Positions 48,206 through 48,207 of a stretch of DNA of 48,207 nucleotides are shown piece after piece. The notes under the pieces were generated by a model, which saw only the letters and a program-made list of their open reading frames with translations, was not told where the DNA came from and did not search any database. How positions within the stretch are numbered: the stretch's first letter is position 1; every line of letters begins with the position of its first letter. Source of the DNA: Promethearchaeota archaeon (GTDB lineage: Archaea; Asgardarchaeota; Lokiarchaeia; Sigyniarchaeales; SOKP01); contig JBHLOC010000032.1 of NCBI GenBank assembly GCA_048940925.1, forward strand, positions 1 through 48,207, in the 5' to 3' direction. Position numbers and translations under genes: made by a program.

Positions 48206-48207
48206 GT
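48030..48207 (-). repeat. Coding tandem repeat, 9-bp sub-units in a 27-bp unit, encoding DH(V/I)DHVDQF
   Basis: Recurrent aactgatctacgtggtcaa(c/t)atg on the + strand. Confidence 0.92.

Noticed and set aside
48030-48207. Short tandem repeats as a possible CRISPR array
   Set aside because: No unique spacers; 9/27-bp periodicity, in frame with a coding sequence

Overview
AT-rich archaeal chromosomal window, most likely from a Lokiarchaeia/Promethearchaeota (Asgard) genome. This is inferred from an actin-related protein, a gelsolin-domain protein, a Roadblock protein, a PCI-like winged helix, Loki-CTERM-like surface proteins and archaeal tRNAs with introns. 0.1-8 kb: two divergently oriented 8-repeat beta-propeller surface proteins, an Ig-like membrane protein sharing a domain with one of them, and an LRR-PCI-TIR protein. 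8-15.6 kb: PAS histidine kinase, a 1017-aa TrmB-like protein with five copies of an unrecognised helical repeat, and a CocE/NonD hydrolase. 15.7-32.2 kb: twelve consecutive minus-strand genes holding the best candidate new system, a tightly packed cluster of AbrB-ACT regulator, Pro/coiled-coil protein, divergent actin, helical-solenoid + CHAT pseudo-caspase, coiled-coil + PLD-fold pseudo-enzyme, solitary N6 DNA methylase and DEAD-box helicase. Upstream of it lie gelsolin(1DGelX-like), Roadblock and a Cdc48-N-domain/vWA fusion. 32-48 kb: metabolic and accessory genes, tandem tRNA-Thr(GGT) and tRNA-Met(CAT) with non-canonical introns, a permuted intergenic duplication, an oxidoreductase gene remnant, a MarR operon with a palindromic operator, and an NfeD-flotillin-carbonic anhydrase cluster running off the right edge. 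No CRISPR array, rRNA, integrase or transposase was seen. All family assignments come from motif recognition by eye, not from database searches.
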